Both the position numbers and the translations under genes were made by a program. A DNA stretch of 64,000 nucleotides, from contig NC_054708.1 in assembly GCF_016097555.1 (NCBI RefSeq), positions 62,460,537-62,524,536 on the forward strand, read 5' to 3'. The DNA comes from Gigantopelta aegis. Taxonomy: Eukaryota. This document shows positions 26,147 to 37,500 of the stretch, piece by piece; the stretch's first letter is position 1, and the number at the start of each line of letters is the position of its first letter. Under the pieces are notes generated by a model that saw only the letters and a program-made list of their open reading frames with translations, was not told the DNA's origin and did not search any database.

Positions 26147-26912
26147 CACCCTAGTTCCATCCAGCGAAAATAAATTATAATTTAGTTAATCTACAAATCT
26201 GTAACACACTTAGATCACGTTTTTATCAAATGGAGTGAAAAAGCAGGTTTTATATCGATAAATACCAAGGGAATCCCCATGTCCCAATTGCTTGAAATAA
26301 TTTTGAAAGTTAGTATTCTGATGTCACCGGTAGAAGCACAACAATGCCTACGTCACGACAAATTTCACAGACTTGGGGTGCGTTCCTTTCACCTCTCCTG
26401 GACATGTTCTAACTGTTCTGTCCTGGTTGTATCCCCTCTCCAGATATCGTAAGACTTAGCAAAATTATTGGTTTTAAGGGTTTGTAACGTTTTGTATTGA
26501 GACACTTACTTGTCTGAACTTTATTGTTACTGAAAATGCTCACGAACTGTGAAGAAAAATCTCACAAATGAACAACAACAAATCGGATGTTGATTGCGCG
26601 AACCGTGCACGAGAAAACAAACCGAACCAAAATGATAACGGTCACGTGATATACCAACGTCTGTGACATTAAAAATAGATTGGACCTCGCTTGCTTAACG
26701 GTTTTTTCTCGACAACACGTTTTGTGAAAAAATGCAAAAAATGCATTTCGTGGTTTTACAAACATCAGGATTACCAAAAAGCACTTCAGGTGAATGGAAA
26801 TGTGTATTCTAAATAATAAAATGTAAGTAAAGTGCAATTTTATTTGTGAAAAATGGGGTTTAATAGCGAAAAACAACGCCGTAATGGTTAACAAATAAAC
26901 GTAACTAGGGTG
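26147..26912. mobile_element. Non-autonomous DNA element of about 765 bp with imperfect 15-bp TIRs. It is present in copy 1 of the X-Y duplicate and absent from copy 2; it is TTAA-proximal and possibly piggyBac-like.
   Basis: The filled site reads aaaaacTTAAagcctcacaccctagtt...aactagggtgtgtcccttTAAttaaaatgttatttt. The paralogous empty site at 27625-27645 reads tttactaaaaaaaagtaattagaatgttatttt. The termini agcctcacaccctag and ctagggtgtgtccct are inverted. The insert has no ORF. Confidence 0.55.
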
Positions 26913-26920
26913 TGTCCCTT

Positions 26921-27103
26921 TAATTAAAATGTTATTTTAGAAGTGTTATAGGATAAATAGAATTCGCTACTCTTTTTTTTAGTATGTAAAATATCAACCT
27001 CGTCTAGTTAATTGGTATTTGTCTCGGCAGAGCCTCGACAAATACCGATTAACATAGACTCGGTTGATATTTTCCATATTAAAAAATACTCCTGACGAAT
27101 CCC
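26921..27103. repeat. Segmental repeat Y, copy 1 (paralogue of 27631-27815)
   Basis: gttattttagaagtgttataggataaatagaattcgctact...gtctagttaat(t/c)ggtatttgtct(c/t)ggcagagcctcgac...gactcggttgatattttccatattaaa is shared by both copies. Confidence 0.8.
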
Positions 27104-27152
27104 CCATTCTTACCTTCACAGGATAAAGATGATAATCATCATCAATAACCTG

Positions 27153-27630
<478 letters not shown>

Positions 27631-27815
27631 AGTAATTAGAATGTTATTTTAGAAGTGTTATAGGATAAATAGAATTCGCTACTCGTGTTTTTAATATGTA
27701 AAATATCAACCTCGTCTAGTTAATCGGTATTTGTCTTGGCAGAGCCTCGACGAAGACCGATTAACATAGACTCGGTTGATATTTTCCATATTAAACAATA
27801 CTCGTGACGAATCCT
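27631..27815. repeat. Repeat Y, copy 2
   Basis: See 26921-27103. Confidence 0.8.
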
Positions 27816-27830
27816 GTATATATATATATA

Positions 27831-28650
27831 TACTGACACACAATGAAAACGCAAAACAGATATTTTTCAATATTTTGTTGTGATTAATGAAAAATATATT
27901 TATTGGATTTAAAATAACAATTTATGAGTGGAAGCCACTGATTGGTTCTTTTGTCTGGGTTTCAATCCTGGTTTTGTTCTCGTTACACATACAATAGCAG
28001 AAACACACAAAATGGTGTGAAATGCGTTCACTACATGCTCAATCATGCTGCATGCAATGCACGTGAAATGCCAGTATGTGGACACATAAAAGTCACGTAA
28101 CGGTGTCATATTCCTCGTCACATTAAGAATGCCACGACTCGGAGAACAACAAAGGGAGCGAGCGTTGGGCATGGTTCAAGGGAGGACTTCGCAAAGCCAA
28201 GTTGCTAGGACCTTCAGAGTCCATCCATCAAATATTGGACGACTTGTTGAACGTCATCAACAGACCGGGAGTGTCCGTGATCGACCTCGACCTGGTCAAC
28301 GTCCCGTTACGACCCCACGCCAAGATCGGCAGATTCGACGACACCACCTCCGTGACCGGTTCAGAACTGCGACGATAACAGCAAGCAACACGATAGGACG
28401 TCATGGAAGGCCTATCCATCCGATGACGGTAATCCGTCGAACGGCTGGACTCAAATGCAGACGCCCGTACAACGGTAACATCATGACATCGCGACATCGT
28501 GCTGCGAGACTACAGTTTGCTCTCCAGAATGGTAATCATCCACCATCTTCCTCTCATAAATTGTTATTTTAAGTCCAATAAATATATTTTTCATTAATCA
28601 CAACAAAATATTGAAAAATATCTGTTTTGCGTTTTCATTGTGTGTCAGTA
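27831..28650 (+). mobile_element. Tc1/mariner-like element, internal-deletion derivative. It has ~80-bp TIRs with TA flanks and keeps only the N-terminal part of the transposase.
   Basis: The left end tactgacacacaatgaaaacgcaaaacagatatttttcaatattttgttgtgattaatgaaaaatatatttattggat is the reverse complement of the right end tccaataaatatatttttcattaatcacaac...cattgtgtgtcagta. ORF 28129-28572 (MPRLGEQQRERALGMVQGRTSQSQVARTF...GSVRDRPRPGQRP...TTPRQDR) is a Tc1 transposase HTH region and ends before the DDE domain. Confidence 0.85.
28129..28572 (+). pseudogene. Truncated Tc1-like transposase (N-terminal paired-like DNA-binding region only)
   Basis: Similar to the N-terminus of the transposase at 1672-2025. 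No catalytic domain lies between it and the right TIR. Confidence 0.75.
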
Positions 28651-29337
28651 TATTAAGGATTCGTCATATACATATTTCTATTACTATTACAAACATTCGG
28701 CAGTCAGAAATACTTTGTGTATATGTGTATATAAAAGCAATCTAATGAATTGTATATGTAATTTTAGTCATTAAAATGCTTTGTTGGTCAGAAACGTGTT
28801 ACATTAACAGAAAACTCAGATCAGTATTTTTTATTTATGTTCTTTTTTTCTTCTTCTTTTCTTGTTTTGAGATAACAGAACGGTATGTGGTTTAATAATA
28901 CTCCGCCTGTGCCTATATGGAATATTCATATCGAAGTTCTAGAAAAAACCCTGTTCTTTTGCTTACTTTAAAGCATTCCATTTGTTTCATGTTATGAAAG
29001 AATCATGAATTTTACACAGATAATCTGCCTATATTAAGGGCCTCTTCTAGCAGTAATGGCACATATTTCTGCGGAAAGATCTCACTTTACACGATTATGA
29101 TATCTGATAACCACAACAAAATAGCTATTAATGCCAGCAACTTGTTTTCAATGTTATCCGACCGTAGTCCCATAAATACATTCGGGTTACACTTGATACA
29201 CGTGTCCTCAACAGTTTGTATAGATCCTGGCGATGACGTGTAATGCTGTCCTTGTTTCTATCTCACATTCTGGTAGTTAAGTTTTTTAATATTTGCAAAA
29301 CAATGTCAGTTCGATCTATAATCCTGATTGTTAAACA

Positions 29338-29585
29338 TTTTTGTTTTGTTTAATGACACCATTAGAGCACATTGACATTGATATATTAATCATAGGCTAT
29401 TGGATATCAAACATTAAATTTTGGTAATTTTAACATATAGTATTGAGGGGAAACCCGTTATTATTATGTTTTTAGTAGTAGCAAGGGATCTTTTATATGC
29501 ACTATCCCACAGCCAGGTTAGGTTAGCACATACGGCGGCCTTTGATATACCAGTCGTGGTGCACTGGCTGGAACGAGAAATAGAC
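29338..29585 (-). mobile_element. SINE family A copy, 5' truncated (no tRNA head)
   Basis: The reverse complement carries gaaacccgttat...agcaagggatcttttatatgcactatcccacag...cctttgatataccagtcgtggtgcactggctggaacgagaaatag and the tail gtttaatgacaccattagagcacattga. Confidence 0.75.
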
Positions 29586-30872
29586 TAAATAATAAGACCA
29601 TACCATTTAGTCACCAATTAAAACGTTAAGACAAAACAGACGCAATTATCCATGTTCTTTTGTATAAATAAATACTTAACATGATAAAGAATTAGATAAT
29701 AAAGAATCGATAATAAGTTTAAACGTTAATTATCAACTACATTCGAAATGCTGTGCTAGGCTGTATGGGCAACCTCCTCTGGTTGACAGCTTTTCATTGA
29801 TTAGCAGGCTTCTTCCCTAACTCCCTAGATAGAATAAAATAATTAATCGTGGGACATATGTTTTCATTTTGTTTAGAAATAAACAGTAAAATCTTTTAAT
29901 AAAAATGAAAGAAATATGACAACAGTTTTTGTTTTCTGAAATTAAATAACCTACCCTTCGTGACATTTGTAACAAACAAATTAATTATAACGTTACATTA
30001 AAAACAAGTGAACTAAAACATCTAACATTATTACTTATTCATCGACGTTTTTCTTCTAAATGATATGGTCACGCAGTACAGCTCACTTCAATTACTTCGC
30101 TACGTTTTCTTTTTCAACCGAGTTTCAGATCGATGATTACTTCACTTTGGAAATATTACATCTTCTGATTTGTGATCTTATGGCACAAGAATCAAACAAC
30201 AAATCTTAAAAGTAATTTCTTCGCGGACATTAACAATCACCTCGCGGACCGCAGATTACGTTGGGTTAGAACAAATTCAGAAAGCATTACCCCGATGCTG
30301 CATGATTCATGACATAAAAAATTAAATTAAGACAAATAAGGAAATAAAGCGAGAACGGGACGACTTGAAGATGATTAAAGCAAGACGACTTCAAATACAC
30401 TTTATTACTCGAAGCCATGTAACTTAGTTTTCAGGAACATTTGATCTGAGCGATTTGAGTTGTCAAAAATAAAGTGTGTAATATTAAAGATATAATTTCG
30501 TTTTGCCCCGTGGACAAGGCTAATCGCCTAAGCTTAAATAAAGCAAAGTAATGTATATTTGTAGTTTTCTGTAGATGTGTGTGTTATAATGCAGGCCTGA
30601 TCCGCTTTAGATAACTAGTGTTTATGGTGAGCCGAATAGTAGATTTAAAGAAAATCGACCCACAAGTATTCATTTATCTTGACATTTATTAGCTTTCAGT
30701 GCCTTTACATCAATAAAAGATTACCGGTACTACATGCATTCGATTTCATTTTATAGATCCAAAGAACAGATCGCCGAGATTTGGCGCCAAATATATTTAA
30801 TAGGGTCTGTACAGAATTCATCAAACAGTGATCGGACAGGTTGTAATTTAAGAAATAAATTCGTACACGAAG

Positions 30873-31050
30873 TTTGTTTTGGGTAACGACACCACTAGAG
30901 CACATTGATTTATTAAGCATCGGCTATTGGATGTCAAACATTTGGTACTTTTGACATATAGTCTTAGAGAGAAAACCCGCTACATTTTTCCATTAGTAGC
31001 AAGGGATGTTTTATATGCACCATCACACAGACACGATGGCCTTTGATATA
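30873..31050 (-). mobile_element. SINE family A fragment (tail plus body)
   Basis: gggtaacgacaccactagagcacattgatttattaagcatcggctattggatgtcaaacatttgg...gaaaacccgctac...agcaagggat. Confidence 0.7.
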
Positions 31051-31056
31051 AAAAAA

Positions 31057-31444
31057 GTAAAGTAAAGTTTCTTTTATTTAACGACGCCACTAGAGCACAT
31101 TGATTTTTTTTTTTATCTTATCGGCTATCGAACGTCAAACTTGGTCATTCTGACACTGTTTTATTAGAGGAAACCCGCTACTCGTTTACGACAGATAGCA
31201 AGGGATCTTTTATCTGCGCTTCCCACAGGCAGAATAGAACAAACCATGGCCTTTGTTGAACTATTTATGGATAACTGGTCGGTGCAAGTTGTTTACACCT
31301 ACCCATTGAGCCTTGCGGAGCACTCACTCGGGGTTTGGAGTCGGTATTTGGATTAAAAATTCCATGCTTCGACTGAGATCCGAACCCAGTACCTACCAGC
31401 CTGTAGACCGATGGCCTAACCACGACGCCACGAAGCCGGTACCT
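31057..31444 (-). mobile_element. Chimeric SINE: C-type tRNA-like head fused to the family-A body and tail
   Basis: Reverse-complement head ggtaccggcttcgtggcgtcgtggttaggccatcggtctacaggctggtaggtactgggttcggatctc...ctcaatgggtaggtgtaa, then caccgaccagttatccataa...A body...caatgtgctctagtggcgtcgttaaataaaagaaactttactttac. Confidence 0.75.
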
Positions 31445-32589
31445 TTGATATATATCAGTCATAACGGCATCAAACCTGGTTAAATTCATCAGTTACTATG
31501 TTCAGTTAAAACAACTTTATTTCAACAAGATAACAAAAAAGTATACCCTAGCCAATTAACCCCTTATATGCTGTGAATTAAGAAAGGTGTAGTGTTTGGT
31601 GTAGGGTTTTTTTGTTGTTTTTAAAGAAGAAAAAAGTGATTCTAAATAATGAAACAGACACTGTTAACTATATAGTATACCTTATGAATATATCAGTATA
31701 TGTCTTTTAATTACATATGTATAAGATATTACAAGGGTCTGATACTCCTTTTGCTGATGTCATTTCTGACTGATATATTAAATCAGGTTTGATAATGTTA
31801 TAACATATAATGCAGATACATCGAGAGATAATTTGACTATTTTGAAGACAAAATGTCAAAACAATACAAATGTATGGATTATATTCACATAAAGGCAGCA
31901 ACAAACATTATCATATGTCATGAAATATGATAAGTGTGAAAAATATACATGTTAATTGTGCTTATTTCATTAAATATGCAATTTTGTGAAAAGTACGATT
32001 GTTTTTCACGTTACACGGAAATGTTTTATCCTGAAATAAAATTTCCTGGATTCTACAAGTAAAATTCATCGTGGCAAATGCTGGTAAATGTAAATATGTT
32101 TGCTTTTTTTCAGAGTGCTATCAGAGATCGATTCTTGACAAATGACTTTCGTCAACAGATGCTTCCTTACACCAAAGACTCTCATATGAGAAACGTATAT
32201 AATAATGCGTATTCAATCGGCTGTAATATGATAGACCAACTTTGGATCAATTTGTTTTTAACAATGAAGGGCTGTCAGAAAAATAACTCTGTTATATTCA
32301 GGTACTTGAACGAATTCATATTGATTTCTCCAAACTCGGAAAGTGTCGACTAACAGGAAGGAAATGGCATTTCCGGTCGGATAATAACTTGGCCTTTTCA
32401 CGGCCTTGGTTATTGTATTGTTTATTGTTTCTCATTATTTGGAATCTAAATGAGGTGAGCTAGCGACCCCATCCCGCCAACTTCCGGCGCTAACTATAGT
32501 TACTTACCGAAGAAAGGAAGGAAATGTTTTATTTATCGACGCACTCAACACATTTTATTTACGGTTATATGGCGTCAGACATATGGTTA

Positions 32590-32862
32590 AGGACCACACA
32601 GATATTGAGAGAGGAAACCCGCTGTCGACACTTTATGGGCTACTCTTTACGATTAGCAGCAAGGGATCTTTTATATGCACCATCCCACAGGAAGGATAAT
32701 ACATACCACGGTCTTTTCTACACCATTTGTGGAGCGCTGGCTAGAACGAGAAATAGCCCAACGGGTCCACCGACGGGGATTGATCCCAGACCGACAGCGC
32801 ATCAAGCGAACGCTTTACCACTGGGCTACTTCCCGCCCCCGTACCGAAGAAAGGACGGAGTA
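32590..32862 (-). mobile_element. SINE family A copy, left member of a head-to-head inverted pair
   Basis: The body is in reverse orientation (gaaacccgctgtcgac...agcaagggat...cccacag...ggctagaacgagaaatagccc). The head end reads gtacgggggcgggaagtagccc. Confidence 0.75.
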
Positions 32863-32863
32863 T

Positions 32864-32883
32864 GGGGGGGGGGGGGGGGGGGG
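32864..32883. repeat. Poly-G run (about 20 nt) between the heads of two inverted SINEs
   Basis: gagtatgggggggggggggggggggggcggaacg. Confidence 0.9.
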
Positions 32884-33085
32884 CGGAACGAAGCGCAGTA
32901 GCAAAGCGCTCACCTGATGCGCGGTCAGTTTAGCATCGATCCCCGTCGGTAGGCCCATTGGGTTGTTTCTCGTTCCAGCCAGGGCACCACGACTGACCAG
33001 TATATCAAACGACGTGGTATGTGCTTCCCTGTCTGGGATGGTGCATATAAAAAAAAATCCCTTGCTACTAATGGAAAAAAAATTA
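32883..33085 (+). mobile_element. SINE family A copy, right member of the head-to-head pair
   Basis: ggcggaacgaagcgcagtagcaaagcgctcacctgatgcgcggtcag...gttgtttctcgttccagccagggcaccacgactg...ggtatgtg...cccttgctactaatggaaaaaaattagg. Confidence 0.75.
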
Positions 33086-34196
33086 GGCTTACAGTAATAC
33101 TAGTAATGCCAGCAACAAATGTCACCAGTAAAAGGTTGTGTTTCTCACTGCGTAGGGTGACCTGAATCGCATAACGCTGCCTGAGAAGCAACAGACAATA
33201 TAGACATGTGCCAGGTGACAGACGAGTTTGCACGTTATAAAGAATCGCGACTGGCAACTTTCTAAAAATTCTAGGTGTGCTAGGTATCACGTGAACCGTA
33301 CATACTCGTACAGATTTTAGTGCTCTTTCTGTTTAATATGTTGACAATATTGGCCAAAAGTTGATATCTTTGAAAATGTTTTAAGCGGGAAGACCACTGC
33401 AGGACCGTCTGCAAGAGGGAGACACCCCTTCCACACCCAATATCTTCGCCGCCCCAATGTCAAATTCCTTTCGATGATTCATGTACAATTACAGATCAAG
33501 TTTGACTTCCATGGCAATTTACCATTTTTGACAGAACTATTGCACTTAAACTTAGGAGATACGAAAATTTGTTTCCCGTACCACAAACGTTTGATGGGAC
33601 ATTTTGTGTGTAGGTGTATCATGTTCTGTTACAGATGAAGTTCGACTTTCGCGGCGATTTATCCAAATGTTTACAGAGGTATGGCCCTTGAATTTAGGAG
33701 ATACGAAAATTTGTTGGGCCCGGTCAGGCATAATATTGTTTTAGCAATACTGTCAAAATGGCTGTTATAAATAGTGGTGGTATCTGCTTTATAAATGGAA
33801 GCGAGACTTTAATAAGCAGTTGGTCGGCTGATCTACGAGTATCTGACTTTATATTGCAACCAGCGGATGCTGCACTATTACTTGTCTGAGTAAAAGGTTA
33901 CTTAATCAAATAATCATGTTCAATTGTTTGCCACATATTGGTACTATATGGAAAATTAATTTCATCATGCGAGAAGAAATCTAGAGAGTCTTGTATCATG
34001 TCAAGATGACTTCATGGTAGACTACGACTTGTTTCCCGTAGAACAAAGAAAAATACACGATTGGTCACATAATGGCGTAATATAAGATAGACTACGAACA
34101 AACAGACAGACAGATAGTTTATCAAAGTCTCACCCCATTACAACATAATACAATGCAACATATACATACAAGCAATATAAAGTTAAAGTTTGTTTT

Positions 34197-34505
34197 GTTT
34201 AGTTTAATGACACCATTAGAGCGCATTGATTTATTAATCATCGGCTAATGGATGTCAAACGTTTGGTAATTTTGACATATATTGTCTTAGAGAGGAAACC
34301 CGCTACCTTTTTCCATTAGTAGCAAGGGATCTTTTATATGCACTATCCCACATACAGTGTAGCACACACCACGGCCTTTGGTATACCAGTCGTGGTGCAC
34401 TGGCTTAGACGAGAAATAGCCCAATGAGCCCATCAACGGGGATCGATCAAACACCGACCGCGTACGAAGCGAGCGCTTTACCACTGGACTACGTCCCGTC
34501 CCTAC
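34197..34505 (-). mobile_element. SINE family A, full-length copy
   Basis: The reverse complement starts gggacgggacgtagtccagtggtaaagcgctcgcttcgtacgcggtcgg...gatcgatccccg and ends with the body and tail ...atcggctaatggatgtcaaacgtttgg...gcgcattgatt. Confidence 0.8.
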
Positions 34506-34523
34506 AAGCCATATAAATATGTT

Positions 34524-37500
34524 TTGTGATCTTATGGCACAAGAATCAAACAACTAATCTTAAAAGTAATTTCTTCCCGGACATTAACAATCACCTCGCG
34601 GACCGCAGATTACGTTGGGTTAGAACAAATTCAGAAAGCATAACCCCGATGCTGCATGATTCATGACATAAAAAATTAAATTAAGACAAATAAGGAAATA
34701 AAGCGAGAACGGGACGACTTGAAGATGATTAAAGCAAGACGACTTCAAATACATTTTATTACTCGAAGCCATGTAACTTAGTTTTCAGGAACATTTGATC
34801 TGAGCGATTTGAGTTGTCAAAAATAAAGTGTGTAATATTAAAGATATAATTTCGTTTTGCCCCGTGGACAAGGCTAATCGCCTAAGCTTAAATAAAGCAA
34901 AGTAATGTATATTTGTAGTTTTCTGTAGATGTGTGTGTTATAATACAGGCCTGATCCGCTTTAGATAACTAGTGTTTATGGTGAAGCCGAATAGTAGATT
35001 TAAAGAAAATCGACCCACAAGTATTCATTTATCTTGACATTTATTAGCTTTCAGTGCCTTTACATCAATAAAAGATTACCGGTACTACATGCATTCGATT
35101 TCATTTTATAGATCCAAAGAACAGATCGCCGAGATTTGGCGCCAAATATATTTAATAGGGTCTGTACAGAATTCATCAAACAGTGATCGGACAGGTTGTA
35201 ATTTAAGAAATAAATTCGTACACGAAGTTTGTTTTGGGTAACGACACCACTAGAGCACATTGATTTATTAAGCATCGGCTATTGGATGTCAAACATTTGG
35301 TACTTTTGACATATAGTCTTAGAGAGAAAACCCGCTACATTTTTCCATTAGTAGCAAGGGATGTTTTATATGCACCATCACACAAACACGATGGCCTTTG
35401 ATATAAAAAAGTAAAGTAAAGTTTCTTTTATTTAACGACGCCACTAGAGCACATTGATTTTTTTTTTATCTTATCGGCTATCGAACGTCAAACTTGGTCA
35501 TTTTGACACTGTTTTATTAGAGGAAACCCGCTACTCGTTTACGACAGATAGCAAGGGATCTTTTATCTGCGCTTCCCACAGGCAGAATAGAACAGACCAT
35601 GGCCTTTGTTGAACCATTTACGGATAACTGGTCGGTGCAAGTGGTTTACACCTACCCATTGAGCCTTGCGGAGCACTCACTCGGGGTTTGGAGTCTGTAT
35701 TTGGATTAAAAATTCCATGCCTCGACTGAGATCCGAACCCAGTACCTACCAGCCTGTAGACCGATGGCCTAACCACGACGCCACGAGGCCGGTACCTTTG
35801 ATATATATCAGTCATAACGGCATCAAACCTGGTTAAATTCATCAGTTACTATGTTCAGTTAAAACAACTTTATTTCAACAAGATAACAAAAAAGTATACC
35901 CTAGCCAATTAACCCCTTATATGCTGTAAATTAAGAAAGGTGTAGTGTTTGGTGTAGGTTTGTTTTGTTGTTTTTAAAGAAGAAAAAAGTGATTCTAAAT
36001 AATGAAACAGACACTGTTAACTATATAGTATACCTTATGAATATATCAGTATATGTCTTTTAATTACATATGTATAAGATATTACAAGGGTCTGATACTC
36101 CTTTTGCTGATGTCATTTCTGACTGATATATTAAATCAGGTTTGATAATGTTATAACATATAATGCAGATACATCGAGAGATAATTTGACTATTTTGAAG
36201 ACAAAATGTCAAAACAAGACAAATGTATGGATTATATTCACATAAAGGCAGCAACAAACATTATCATATGTCATGAAATATGATAAGTGTGAAAAATATA
36301 CATGTTAATTGTGCTTATTTCATTAAATATGCAATTTTGTGAAAAGTACGATTGTTTTTCACGTTACCCGGAAATGTTTTATCCTGAAATGAAATTTCCT
36401 GGATTCTACAAGTAAAATTCATCGTGGCAAATGCTGGTAAATGTAAATATGTTTGCTTTTTTTCAAAGTGCTATCAGAGATCGATTCTTGACAAATGACT
36501 TTCGTCAACAGATGCTTCCTTACACCAAAGACACTCATATGAGAAACGTGTATAATAATGCGTATTCAATCGGCTGTAATATGATAGACCAACTTTGGAT
36601 CAATTTGTTTTTAACAATGAAGGGCTGTCAGAAAAATAACTCTGTTATATTCAGGTACTTGAACGAATTCATATTGATTTCCCCAAACTCGGAAAGTGTC
36701 GACTAACAGGAAGGAAATGGCATTTCCGGTCGGATAATAACTTGGCCTTTTCACGGCCTTGGTTATTGTATTGTTTATTGTTTCTCATTATTTGGAATCT
36801 AAATGGGGTGAGCTAGCGACCCCATCCCGCCAACTTCCGGCGCTAACTATAGTTACTTACCGAAGAAAGGAAGGAAATGTTTTATTTATCGACGCACTCA
36901 ACACATTTTATTTACGGTTATATGGCGTCAGACATATGGTTAAGGACCACACATATATTGAGAGAGGAAACCCGCTGTCGACACTTCATGGGCTATTCTT
37001 TACGATTAGCAGCAAGGGATCTTTTATATGCACCATCCCACAGGAAGGATAATACATACCACGGTCTTTTCTACACCATTTGTGGAGCGCTGGCTAGAAC
37101 GAGAAATAGCCCAACGGGTCCACCGACGGGGATTGATCCCAGACCGACAGCGCATCAAGCGAACGCTTTACCACTGGGCTACTTCCCGCCCCCGTACCGA
37201 AGAAAGGACGGAGTATGGGGGGGGGGGGGGGGGTGGCGGAACGAAGCGCAGTAGCAAAGCGCTCACCTGATGCGCGGTCAGTTTAGCATCGATCCCCGTC
37301 GGTAGGCCCATTGGGTTGTTTCTCGTTCCAGCCAGGGCACCACGACTGACCAGTATATCAAACGACGTGGTATGTGCTTCCCTGTCTGGGATGGTGCATA
37401 TAAAAAAAAAATCCCTTGCTACTAATGGAAAAAAATTAGGCTTACAGTAATACTAGTAATGCCAGCAACAAATGTCACCAGTAAAAGATTGTGTTTCTCA

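Larger units (their letters stand above)
30165..34523. repeat. Tandem segmental duplication, copy 1 (4359-bp unit)
   Basis: Every ORF and sequence block between 30165 and 34523 recurs at +4353 to +4358 bp (for example 30705 and 35060, 31707 and 36060, 32524 and 36877, 34287 and 38641), with only scattered substitutions. Confidence 0.9.
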
